From the NCBI GenBank assembly GCA_000934665.2, contig KZ538102.1:62001-126000 (forward strand): a stretch of DNA of 64,000 nucleotides, given 5' to 3'. The position numbers were made by a program, and so were the translations under genes. Each line of letters opens with the position of its first letter. Within the stretch, counting starts at the first letter, position 1. This DNA is from Catajapyx aquilonaris. Taxonomy: Eukaryota. Of this stretch, positions 1-10,900 are shown piece by piece. The notes beneath the pieces are model-generated. The model was not told the DNA's origin and did not search any database. It worked only from the letters and a program-made list of their open reading frames with translations.

Positions 1-618
1 AAATACGCCACGCTGATTGCAATTCATACTTGATGGCCTCCCCCCTCTCAGCAATGCGGTGTAATTGGCTAGAAGATTTCCTCCTCTTCCCCCCCACGCC
101 CACAAACATGGCCGACCCCGCCTATATACCTCTCATCAAACATCAAACCACTGCATTGCATGTCACACACGGTCTATATGCTATGTACTACGTGGTTCCT
201 ATATTTTGCAGGGTAAGAAAATCCCTGGCTCCCAGCACCTCCAAGACAACGTGGATGTAGCCGGGGTAGAAGAATCCATTCCGAATTGTAAATAAAGAGA
301 GTGGTTTGCCTAGAACAGCTCCTTTCTTCTACCTGTCAAGTACTCTTCGGAGACCCGAGTCCCTCAACAGTGCCGGCCTTTTGGCCTTAGCATATTATCA
401 ATATCAATGTCGTTGTTGATGTTGTCTAAAGAGCTGACTCCTTAATTGTTACAATCTTCGGCATCGACATTGTGGTACATCTTTCTTGTGGCAAGCCTGT
501 GTGCTAGCGATATGTATGTTGTTCTTGTTCCCCCCAATTTCCTCCCCCGCCATGGTCCCCCCCCCCCACTCCACCCTTAGCTCCCCCTGTTCCTCCGAGG
601 TCCCGTCCCATCCGCGGC

Positions 619-767
619 TGTGACGTCACACTACCGGCTTCCCTAGGGACTTCCGGTTGCGCCAATGGCCTGCTGCCTAGCCTTACTAGTCCCCCCATCC
701 CTTCCCATCTCCCCACCCCCTCCCCCGATCCTTCCTCCCGCTTCCCCACCTCCCTCCGATTATAAAA
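619..767 (+). promoter_or_regulatory. Putative core/proximal promoter of the BTB-ZF gene
   Basis: Palindromic CRE TGTGACGTCACA 619-630, ETS ACTTCCGG 649-656, CCAAT 662-666 and TATAAAA 761-767, in order, about 370 nt upstream of the ATG in CpG-rich DNA. Confidence 0.55.
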
Positions 768-1138
768 CATAGGGTGCAAGGCAGAATTTATGATGGTCTG
801 CTTCCCAAATCGGGCAGGTGAAGCACGGTGATTTCCCGGTGGCCGTCACCCGCAGATACGGTACCGTCAATTAGTCCCTCCCCACGTGCGGCCGTCGGGG
901 GGCGTGGGAGTTGGGGGAAGGGTGGGGAGTGTCGAAAAGCCCCGCGAAACACGCATAGAACCCGTGTCCAGGCGACGATGGCCCACCAAGTGTGATTGGT
1001 GGACTTTTTTCTTCGACCACATATGTGAAGTGCGTGACCACCACCAGTAGTCCTCCTCACTCAGCTCGCTACCTGCCTGCCTGCCCCCTTTATTCGCCCA
1101 TCTGTCTGGCTGGCCCCGAGGTCACTTCCCGGCCAGCC

Positions 1139-2956
1139 ATGAACCCTCTCTACACCAGCGAGCTCCTCAAGGCCTGGCTGCGTGACCTGACCCCGACTGC
1201 TTTTGCGGCCTCCCCGTCCCCTTCTTCGTCCGGAACGCCTTGGTCACCCCCGACCGCCCCCGACGTTTTGGTCACCGTGGGCGACAGGGCCTTCCCAGCG
1301 CACAGGTGCGTCCTCAGGGCCCACAGCGGCTTCTTCAAGGCAGCCCTCAGCAATTCAAGCGACCACCACCACGGTGAGTTACCAGTTCTGCCCAATTATG
1401 CACACGGACCACCTTGGTTCACATGTTTCTGTCACCTGGCAGGTGTAAGCAGCTACACCCAGGTTGGCGGCCGTTCATCCCCGTCATCCCCGCCGTCCAA
1501 CGGACAGTCCCCTCCTCCCAACCCATCCAGTCCGCCCCCGGGCCGACCCACCAGCGTGGGGGTACCGCACGTGACCCCCGAGGCATTCTCGCCGCTGCTG
1601 GTCTTCATGTACTCAGGCTGGCTGGAAATCAACGCTGCCTCCGTGTACGGTGTCCTCCTGGCAGCTCAGCTCCTGCACATGCCCCACGCCCTGGAGCTGT
1701 GCCGGGCCTTCCTCCAGGGCGGCCCCAGGGCTCCCTCCCCGCCGCAGCCCCCGCCTCGGCTGGTCAAACCAATCCCCAGTCGCCGGATGCCTCCCCTGCT
1801 GGGCCTCCCCTGGGCCGCCCCTCTGGCTCCCTGGACCCCGTGGCTGGACCCCCCTTCGTATCCCCCTCCTCCTCCGGCACCGTCCTTGTGGACTCCGTTC
1901 CTTCCTCCGAGGCCACCGACACCGTCCCCGCCCTTGCTTCCCCCTCCGCTGCCCCCGCCTCCGCCCCCGCAGCAATCCACCTCGGCGCCCACCCCACCGC
2001 TGACCCAATCATCCGCATCGCCCAGGCCACTGCCGTACTCCTCACCCGGGAGGTCATCTCCTGGAAGCATTCCCAGCACCAGGCCGATTCGTGACCCGCA
2101 GCCGTCCGACACGGGCGGAGTCATCATCGACGTGGCCAACTGCGACGGGCCCGTCCGATTTCAACGTGTCCTCAACCCCAACTACGGCCTGGGACTGAAC
2201 CTGGGGGCGCTGCTGGGGGACAAGGAGACCGCAGAGGCGGATGTTCCCAGCGCGGCCGCCCTCAACGACGATTCCAACACCGGATCCCTGCCTTCGTCAC
2301 GCGGTGACGTCGCAGATAAAGGTATTGGTTCCGATCCACGTAATGAGGCATGCTCTGGCTTCTGAACCGCGACATGTGTCATTATGTGGCTTTCATCTAA
2401 CTCGTATGGTACTCTAATGGAACTGGCTCCAGTGCCAGTGCAGACAGCATAATACCAGAAACTAACAATCAGCCTTTCAGAACCGTCGTCGGCATCCCCA
2501 GCACCGGTACCCCCACCATACCGCTGCCTGTTCTGCAACCACACCTTCAAGAGCCACTACTGCTACCAGAAGCACAAAAGGCGACATATAAACCCCATTC
2601 CCTTGGACCTGGAGCGACTGGGTGCCCAGATTGCTGCTGCTGCCACTGCCGAATCATCAGAGATACCAGGTGCTCCAGAGGGAGCAGGGGAGAGCACAGA
2701 GGGCAAGAGGGATGTGGCACAAGATGATGTACAAAGTGAGATGGGCAACAGCAGCAGGGATAGTGGCAGACAGTCATCAGTCACCCAGCCACTAAGCACC
2801 AAGAGGCAGCTGGAGCTCAACGTGCAGTATTTCCCATGCAAGACGTGTGGATCCAAGTTCCCCAGCTATTACTTTGTGCACAAACATCGCCGAATCTGCC
2901 ATGGGATTGACAGCGAAGGGGACGACCCTCGTGGGGACAGTTCTACTACTTCATAA
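1139..2956 (+). CDS. BTB/POZ + two C2H2 zinc-finger protein (ZBTB-like), 3 exons: 1139-1373, 1443-2321, 2481-2956; about 529 aa
   Basis: ATG in gccATG context. BTB signature: DVLVTVGDRAFPAHRCVLRAHSGFF...VPHVTPEAFSPLLVFMYSGWLEINAASVYGVLLAAQLLHMPHALELCRAFL. Intron 1 is 1374-1442 (GTGAGT..TGGCAG). Intron 2 is 2322-2480 (GTATTG..ACTAAC branch point..TTTCAG). Both are phase 1 and keep the frame. Exon 3 encodes YRCLFCNHTFKSHYCYQKHKRRH and FPCKTCGSKFPSYYFVHKHRRICH, then TAA at 2954-2956. Confidence 0.9.
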
Positions 2957-3000
2957 ACGATACATTCATGTGCACGTGTGAGGTTCTAATCTTATAGAGA

Positions 3001-3006
3001 AATAAA
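3001..3006 (+). terminator. Candidate polyadenylation signal of the BTB-ZF gene
   Basis: AATAAA about 45 nt after the stop codon, with T/GT-rich sequence downstream. Confidence 0.5.
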
Positions 3007-4226
3007 TTGTGCCCATTTCCCCATCCCCATCACTTTGTTAGGTTATTTAAGCCAGACCTGTGCATGTTTATATCCTAGTGGTGACACATGACAGCATATG
3101 CCTGCTAACTGCCACTTCCCAGACTCTCCCAACTGGCCTCCCAAAAAGGTGTCCATTGTCAGATAGTGACATTCATGTCACATTTAGACATTCAGATGAT
3201 TCAGTATCATTGACTATTTTGGAATATGTATACCTTGGCCACTGTTAATCAGATAGTTATCTGTTAGTATACCTATGCGTCTAAAAGTCGCATGCAGTAG
3301 TGTGCAGATGAAAATATGATCAAGCTATGCTGTAACTGTTTGCAACAATACCATGCCACTTCAACTAAGGATTCCAAACTACCAGCCACATTTTTGTAAT
3401 CACCCCAAAGGCAGTTCTGAGTAATTACTCTATCATGAATTAATCTCTCCTGTACGGCACTAACACACACTCCAACTCTTTGACAATGGGAGTACTATTC
3501 ATCACATACACGAGTTTAAATCATGTTCATCGTGTTTTTATTTGGCTATGTTCAGACAGGATAAACTTAATTTTTATTGCAGATAATCAGAATGAACAAG
3601 TAAACTCAGATGTGTCATTGCAACAAGAGTAATGAGAAGCAATGGGAGTAGTCCTTACACTTATTTTCACTCATTAAAATTATCTTCCAGCAACATTGTA
3701 TCCTATATTTGCGGAATTCAGGTATTCATCCCTATGTGAACTCAAGAACCATGCACACAAGTGGGTGGGTAAGTCGTGTTTCGTCAGAAAGCTGTGAAGT
3801 GATTTACAAGAGCCTGTAGCCTCACAAATTGCCACTTACTGAGGGAGGTGGGGAGGGGGGAGGAGAGAGAAGGGCAACGATTTATTACCCCCACTCACCA
3901 AATTCTCAGAATTAGTTTCCATTTGATTCTTCACAAGCAAAATGAACAATAAAAAAAACTCTACACCAGTGTGCCAGTCAATGCATGGAAATAAAGCATA
4001 ATTATGTTCAAAGAAAGTACAGTGTGAGATGTCAGTAAGAATGATCAATTTCACATTTAATTACTCTGTAGGAAGTGGGCAACTCAGTTTGGTGTTTGCA
4101 AATTGTGTATCAAGACGTTACAATTTGTGTTAAAGTAGCTTAAACTTTTAATTCAAATCTGTACATAACTGAAGAGTTCTAACGAACTTTCCATCTAACC
4201 TCCCATGACCCTCTGTACATCAACAT

Positions 4227-4266
4227 TTATTATTATTATTATTAATTATTATTATTATTATTATTA
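4227..4266. repeat. (TAT)n microsatellite, imperfect
   Basis: Direct reading of tattattatt... with one interruption. Confidence 0.85.
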
Positions 4267-4802
4267 CAGCAATGCTGACATGACTGCCAGTTATATCACA
4301 GGTTGTTAAATTGAATTTTGGCCACATTATTATTCATGAAGGGAAGAGAAATGCGCTGGTGTGGCTGCACTTGGGAGGTGAAAGCCAACTGTTGGCGTGT
4401 TTCATTGTCGTTCTCACAAGGCCAACGGTTGGCCAGCCAACCTTTGCTATCTGCGCTTGCCTTGGCAGTACTCAGTAGCCTTGAATTTTGGCTGTTAGTG
4501 TCTCCCGTTAGTTTCAGGAGAAACACAACACCCACCTGGCCTCGGCTCCCTCCCCCACTTCCACAAGCTTTCTGCCAAATGCCAAGCATTGGGCACCCTC
4601 ATTCCACTCGAGTGCAGCTAGTTCTATAATCACAACAGGGCAGTAGCCCAAGCATGCTCAACTGTCGCCTAACAGTTATGTTTCACCTTGTCCATAAGAC
4701 AAGGTAAAGCCATGTCCCATCCAAGGTCTCTTGATCATTGGGGTTAAGGCAAACGGGCACTGCCTTCTTTAAATGGATACCTCGGCCACCAAATGCCCTT
4801 AC

Positions 4803-4909
4803 CTTTGCTATCGGTGATTTCCTCTTCGCTGCTGTCCAACTCCTCGCCTTTCTTCCTATCACCTTCTCTCCGCCGCTCCTTCTTGTTCTTTGACTCCGTT
4901 CTCACATCA
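4803..4909 (-). CDS. NCOR: NCoR exon 11 (SDVRTESKNKKERRREGDRKKGEELDSSEEEITDSK)
   Basis: Acceptor GGTTTCAG is phase 2, matching exon 10. Donor AAAG|GTAAGG. Encodes a charged linker as expected after SANT1. Confidence 0.85.
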
Positions 4910-7900
4910 CTGAAACCACACGAAACCATCATCAGTTTCTGTTGCAAAAATATACGCTGCAGTAGTAAGCCTCAAAGGCATTCCAATAGTCACAAGCCAT
5001 AATAGTCTGACATAGTTTCATCTAATTCATCAGCACACTCACTGCCGCAACCACTGCACAAAATCCCAAAGTGCCCTAGGCACGCTTCACCTACAGCGTG
5101 TACTGCATGGATGGGCACCAACGACGTCTTGCCGGCAGCACTACTACTCCCATCCAGACTTCACAAGTGCATCATTCCCACCGAGTGCACATAGCACAGT
5201 GCAAGTCTCTTGGCATGACACCCCTTTCTCCCAAGCCACCTCACCTCCCCTCCTGCCATCCCCTAACCCAGACACTCCCATCTCTTTCTCTCGCTCTCTC
5301 TCCTCTCTGTAGTCAGCTTGCACATGGTGCCAAGGGCACAGGTGACTCGCAACTGAGAAGGTAGGTGGACGAATGCAAAAAAAAAACCCGAGGGGCAATA
5401 AAAAAAACGGCAAACTAAAGAAGGGGAGGGGAACGACGCGGAAGGAGGTGGGAGGGGGCAAGGCCATGCTCTGCCAATCTACCAGCAGTAACTTTTACGC
5501 TTGCTTTCTGCAGGGTCACTCTTTTTAGTTTTTTCTTTCTTTTTTTGCCTCCTTCAAGAAACGCTTGGCTTCTCTCCCAGGTTGCCAAGTAGTGGTCTGC
5601 TGCCTAGTTCTCGTGCTCTAAATCACTCGATTGAAAACGTGGGGCCTCCCGTTGGCCTTCTATCACTGTGTCATCAGTGCATAAGATACAAAATCATACA
5701 CTGTAACAATATTTGCTATAGCCAATCTCACCTACTTTTAGGAACTAGTGTGGGCACAATGCGCTGTCCTAAAAGCAGGGGGGCTATTCACGTCTCCAAT
5801 TCCACAACCCTTCCCAGTTAAGTGCTGCCAAGAGTGAACTAACTTTAGTCCTGTCAACATCAACCTGAACGTCACATTTAACTCTTACGGTCAGAGTATT
5901 GGAGGAAGACAAAGAAGCAAGCCTGTGTGTCTCTGCAATTGACTGCTCTTGGCCGACATCCAGTCGAGGTGTTGCCAAAATAGACCATCCCAGTTCAGGG
6001 GCCTTCCCAACCTCTTTGGCACAGATCCATCCTTTCACATTACACCCAACCCCCAGATTCTCAGTGATCAAAAGCATGAGTCAGTAGATACTCAATGCTA
6101 AATGCAAATCACTTATCGTATCTGCTCCTACTAGGTCAATCTCCTTTAATTTCATTCATACAATAAGGGAATGTGGTGGAGGCTCTGGATGAGCAGTTGT
6201 GATAGTGCTGCACTTTCTTGGTTACAACCCCTCCCCCAACCCCGGCAACAACCAGGTGCCGGACTAAATATATTCGTCAAGGAATATTGCTGATTCAGAC
6301 CCAGTGGAGATCAGTGTCCCTGCCCGCCTACTAACCATTGCACAACTAGCAGGCACACAAAAATCTAAACAGTCGCCAGGTCTAAATTTGGGTTTGGCTC
6401 GCAGGTACAAACAGGATGTGCAATTTGGCTTATTTAAGCTGCTTCCAGCATTTGCCTTGCAGGGATTCAAACTGGCTACCTGCCCCATTCCTTGTCCCCC
6501 ACCCCTCCCCCCTCACAGCAGAGAAATTTAAGGCATGTGATGCATAAGGGGCAATGCCTGAGACACTCCTCCCTTACACAGTAGTCCCTAATATCTACTT
6601 CTGATACAACAAAAACTAATATAAATTCCACTTTTCAAAACTTGAAATATTAAATCTGCACTGCTGTAACATTATGAGATGGAAATGAAACAATTTCGGG
6701 GCATGGCAAGGGAGATTGATGCCATGCATTTAGACCCACCTGGTGGAGTTCACAAAATTGTGTCAATAACCAACAGTATTCACGAACTTCAACAACATAC
6801 CCACATTGTTGATGCCTTCTATATCAAATTTCAATGTGTGCTGTCATGAGTAAAAACCTACCAAGTCCAGGAGCTTCACAAATTGCACTGTATAAACATT
6901 ATTGTTTGTGTCAACACCATCATAAAATAAAGAATAGTGATATCAGCTACTGTATACTCATCTTTCAGATGAGACTCCCGCGTTACACAGTGAACTCATC
7001 AGAGCTTCTGACCCCAGTCCCTGCCCCTATTTTTGCTCAAGGCTGTACACTGCACCGTGGTATGTTGCTTGGAATATACTGTCAGCACAGTAAGTGAAGC
7101 AGTTTCATGGTGATATTCTCCCTCTCTAATCCTGTTCCCCTTCTAGTACAAGTGTCATTAGCAACATTTCTAGTGAATAAACTCTAAAGTAACACAAAAG
7201 AAAATTTCGCCATTTAAATGTCCATCAAAGTTCTCCCTGACTCGTAACAGGAAAACTTCCTAAATAAAATTCTAACATGTCATCAGGTAAAAAACATTGC
7301 TTAGAAGCTGTGTTAATAAAACTGGCTGCTGCACAATGACAGTAGTACATCCCACCAGCATATGTTGCCGCTTCCTTAAGCTGCTATTTTGAAGGTGAAG
7401 TTAGGAGACATTCCTACCACTGCACAGCAATGTTGCAGCATGCAAGCATTAGCAAACAAGAGAAACCTCAAACAATCACTGGTGGAACAGTCTAAACTTC
7501 CTACACACATCCATGCATAAATGGGCCTTGGGAATCTATTCCCATCTCATTGTCAGTCCAATTGAGCTTATACACTTTGGCAGCAATTGCACTCACACCA
7601 GAAGAGATAAAATTCTAATCACTTGGATTGTCCGTATGTGGAGACACATCCACAAAAATGGGATTGCCCCATCCATTTTTGAACATGTGAGGAAGCCAGA
7701 TAAGCTAAACCATCGCCTGGCCTGTTGATTGGATACTATGCTCACCTGTGACTACTGTTCTCCTTCTCAGCGTCCTTGTCGTCTGGGTGGTCCTTCCCTG
7801 CAGTAGGGGGTGGCAAGGTGGAATCACACGAGGGTCCACTTCCAACCACCCCACTCCCTGCTACACCCGCTCCCCCACTCCCCGCCCCGCTGCCACCGGA

Positions 7901-10900
7901 ACTATCACTTGCCGCACTAGCACATGTCACAGGCGCCGCAGCCGTCGTCACACCCTCCCCACTGCCTGGTGCCACCACTCCACCTCCACTGCTACCTCCT
8001 GCTCCTGTTCCACTCCCTCCTCCATTCCCACTGTTCCCACCATTCCCTCTCCCTCCCCCACTTGCACTCCCTCCTCCATTTCCACTATGTCCTCCTCCAC
8101 CATGGCCACCATGATGTCCTTCCCCATTCCCATTGCCCTCCTGCTTCTGTTGCTGCTCCCTCTGAAGTGCCGCCACAGTCTGCCTGGTGGTTACGCCCGG
8201 TGTGTTGGCTATCATCTCCGCCACAGGGTTCTGGGGCTTGGTGAGGCCACCCCCTCTCGTGGCCCGGTTGCGCACCCGGCTCTTCTTGATCAGCAGCTTG
8301 TAGTTTTCAGTCTTCTTGCTGAGGTAATAATACTGGACGCAATCGCTGATGCTCTTGCGCTCCATGTAGCTGCGGATTATGCTGAAGTTCTTGGGGTGCT
8401 GCAGGAACTTCTCTTTGAACAGATCCTTCTCCTGGTCTGTCCACACGTTCAGCAGCTGGCGATCCTTGTACTCTGCCATCGGGTCCTCAATCAACCCATT
8501 CTTGTTGTCAAAGCGGAGCTCACGCTGGTGGTTGTCCAGGAGAATCGGAGGGATCACAGCGTATGACCGCATCTTCTTGTCCTCCAGCTGCTCACCACAC
8601 AAGCACTTGTTAGAATTCCTCGTTACTTAGGACCTATCCCCCACCCCCCCACTCATGGATGCTAAGAGGAAGCCCTCTAGCAGTCCTTGAGTCAACACCT
8701 ACAACTATCCTTCCACAAAACTCACATCAGGACAGGATTGTGATATACCCAAAGCTTTAACACAGGCACTCAAAATGCGTGCAGATAATAAAACCTTTGA
8801 GCTACAGGAGGCAGCTTTAGCCTATTTCATATCATTCAAAAAACTTAAATTTTTACCATATAAAGCAGAGAACAATCATGAGGGCAATCCTCCCATGTTA
8901 TTTTTACTGTTTAATCTTGAACTTATCCAACAAATTTGATGGGTCAATATGTCCAGTTATCTAAAGTGTATCCTGAAGTGCACTAGTGTGAACTGGTAAT
9001 TTTGTTCTTGCATGTCATCATTGCCACAAAAATAGTTTATGAACCACATGCGCAAGTCCAACGTGAATTTCTGGTTGCCTGCTATTACTAGATAGCCTCT
9101 AAGGCATTTGTCAATCCTGTCTTGAGTTAGATCATCTGATCTGCATAAAAACTGCTTAAATTGCAGTGTAATTGCTTATCATTGATGCATCTGCATGACA
9201 CTTGTAGGTGCATGATGGGGGCTTAGGATGCTAAGAACTAGCTTTAATTTGCTGTGACAGCACAATTTGGTTGCAAAAGGCCATTCTTTGTCCACACAAA
9301 TGGAGCAAAATTATATTGAGTGTATAGGGAATTAACAAACCCCTCTCGTCCTGTACCACCCACCAGCACTAAAGGTTCCCGTCACCCTGAATGGTGTGTT
9401 ATTTCATGCTAATTCATTACAGCTGATGGATCGCAAGTTACACTTCAAGAGTTACATTCAGCATCCATGAAATTCCAAGGCACAAGTTCAAGTGAATTGC
9501 ACCAACACCACCCAAAGAAAAGGGTATGTAGTCAGGCAGCCATGGTCAGTAGAACATTTCATGAAGATAATTGCAGCTACCTTTCATGTTTCAAATTACA
9601 CCCTGTTCATAATTAGCTGGAGTGAAAAGGGCTATTAAAATTGCATTATAAAGCATTCATAGTGCCCTGAAATCTTGAAGTTCATTTTTAGCAAACCTTA
9701 GGTATGGAGTTCAGTCGGTTTTCACCTACATTAATATCCATGGGACAAATATTAATGCAGAAAATGAGTAACTCAAATACTTGCACAAATGTCACACTGG
9801 GCCCCTGAAATGGCATGATCACAAGAGTAATCAACGAATGCAACTCACACATATGCAATAATAATAATAATGGGCATAATTGCACTTGCTTTGGTCATCA
9901 AAATATCCTAACTTGCAGCTGCACACGTGTTTTTCATGGCAGGGAATTCCTTCCAAGATCTGACTATTGGGAAATTATGATGGTATAACCCCTTCATTAG
10001 CTGATTCTTTGTGGCAATTGTTTTTCACGCATAGCTTGCCTAACCTTGTACCTTTGCATCATTTCATTCACCACAACTTTTTCACATGATTATCCTTGCA
10101 ATTTTACTGTGCGTATTGCAATAAGAAAGTCAATCCATTTGAATTACTTATTTTGTAACACATAGGCCACCATTCTACCCAGTTTACCACACTGGATGTG
10201 ACAAAACAAATATAAATATGTTACAGAAAAAATAAAATACTGCAAACCTTTCAATATTACTGTGAGCAAAAGGAATTATGAATTCTGAGAGTACATTACA
10301 ATACTGATCTCAACTTAGTTGCAGGAACTAATCTCATTCTTATAGTCAGTGTTATGAGAGAAATAAAAATAAATATTGCCATTTCAGATGGTGGCCAAGA
10401 TCAAAAGTTAGGTACAAGTCAGGAATTCTTATTTTGCAATTAACATGCCAAGTTATCACATAGACCAAATACTGCATGATGATCAGGTCAGGAGCAATTG
10501 GAAAGAGGAGCTTGCATGCACAGAAACCTTGCCCACACTATTGCCTCATCACGTCACTTTCCCCTGTAAATGCTTCCCGAAACCTGCCACCTTTCCCTGC
10601 TTCCTTCTCCTTCCGTCTCCTGAAGTCAGGAATTGAATCATATCATTCTAAGTGAAGCTTAACTTATGCAGTGCCTCCGTCTGACCTGACAGAATTTGTA
10701 GTGCCAATAATCAATGCGACAAACAGCACTGGTGCACTGCACATAAAAGAATTATTATATTATTATATTATTATATATATCATGGGATACAGATGTTGGG
10801 TGATATGCAGCATATCACCCAACATCTGTATCCCATGACTTATCCACACCATTCAGACACCTTCAAGTTAAAATAATCCTCCACCTGGCATTCTCTAACC

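Noticed and set aside
992..1138. 49-aa N-terminal extension of the 457-aa ORF
   Set aside because: It starts at GTG with no ATG. The ATG at 1139 has good context and directly precedes the BTB.
1414..2139. Several overlapping alternative-frame and antisense ORFs (97-226 aa)
   Set aside because: Shadows of a GC-rich, proline-rich exon with no recognisable domain.
5091..5356. Possible minus-strand exon or Inr (TCAGTT ... CTGTAG|GTGAAG)
   Set aside because: I found no frame that joins the neighbouring exons without a stop, so there is too little support.
7748..8566. 272-aa + strand ORF
   Set aside because: Antisense mirror of the NCoR SANT1 exon.
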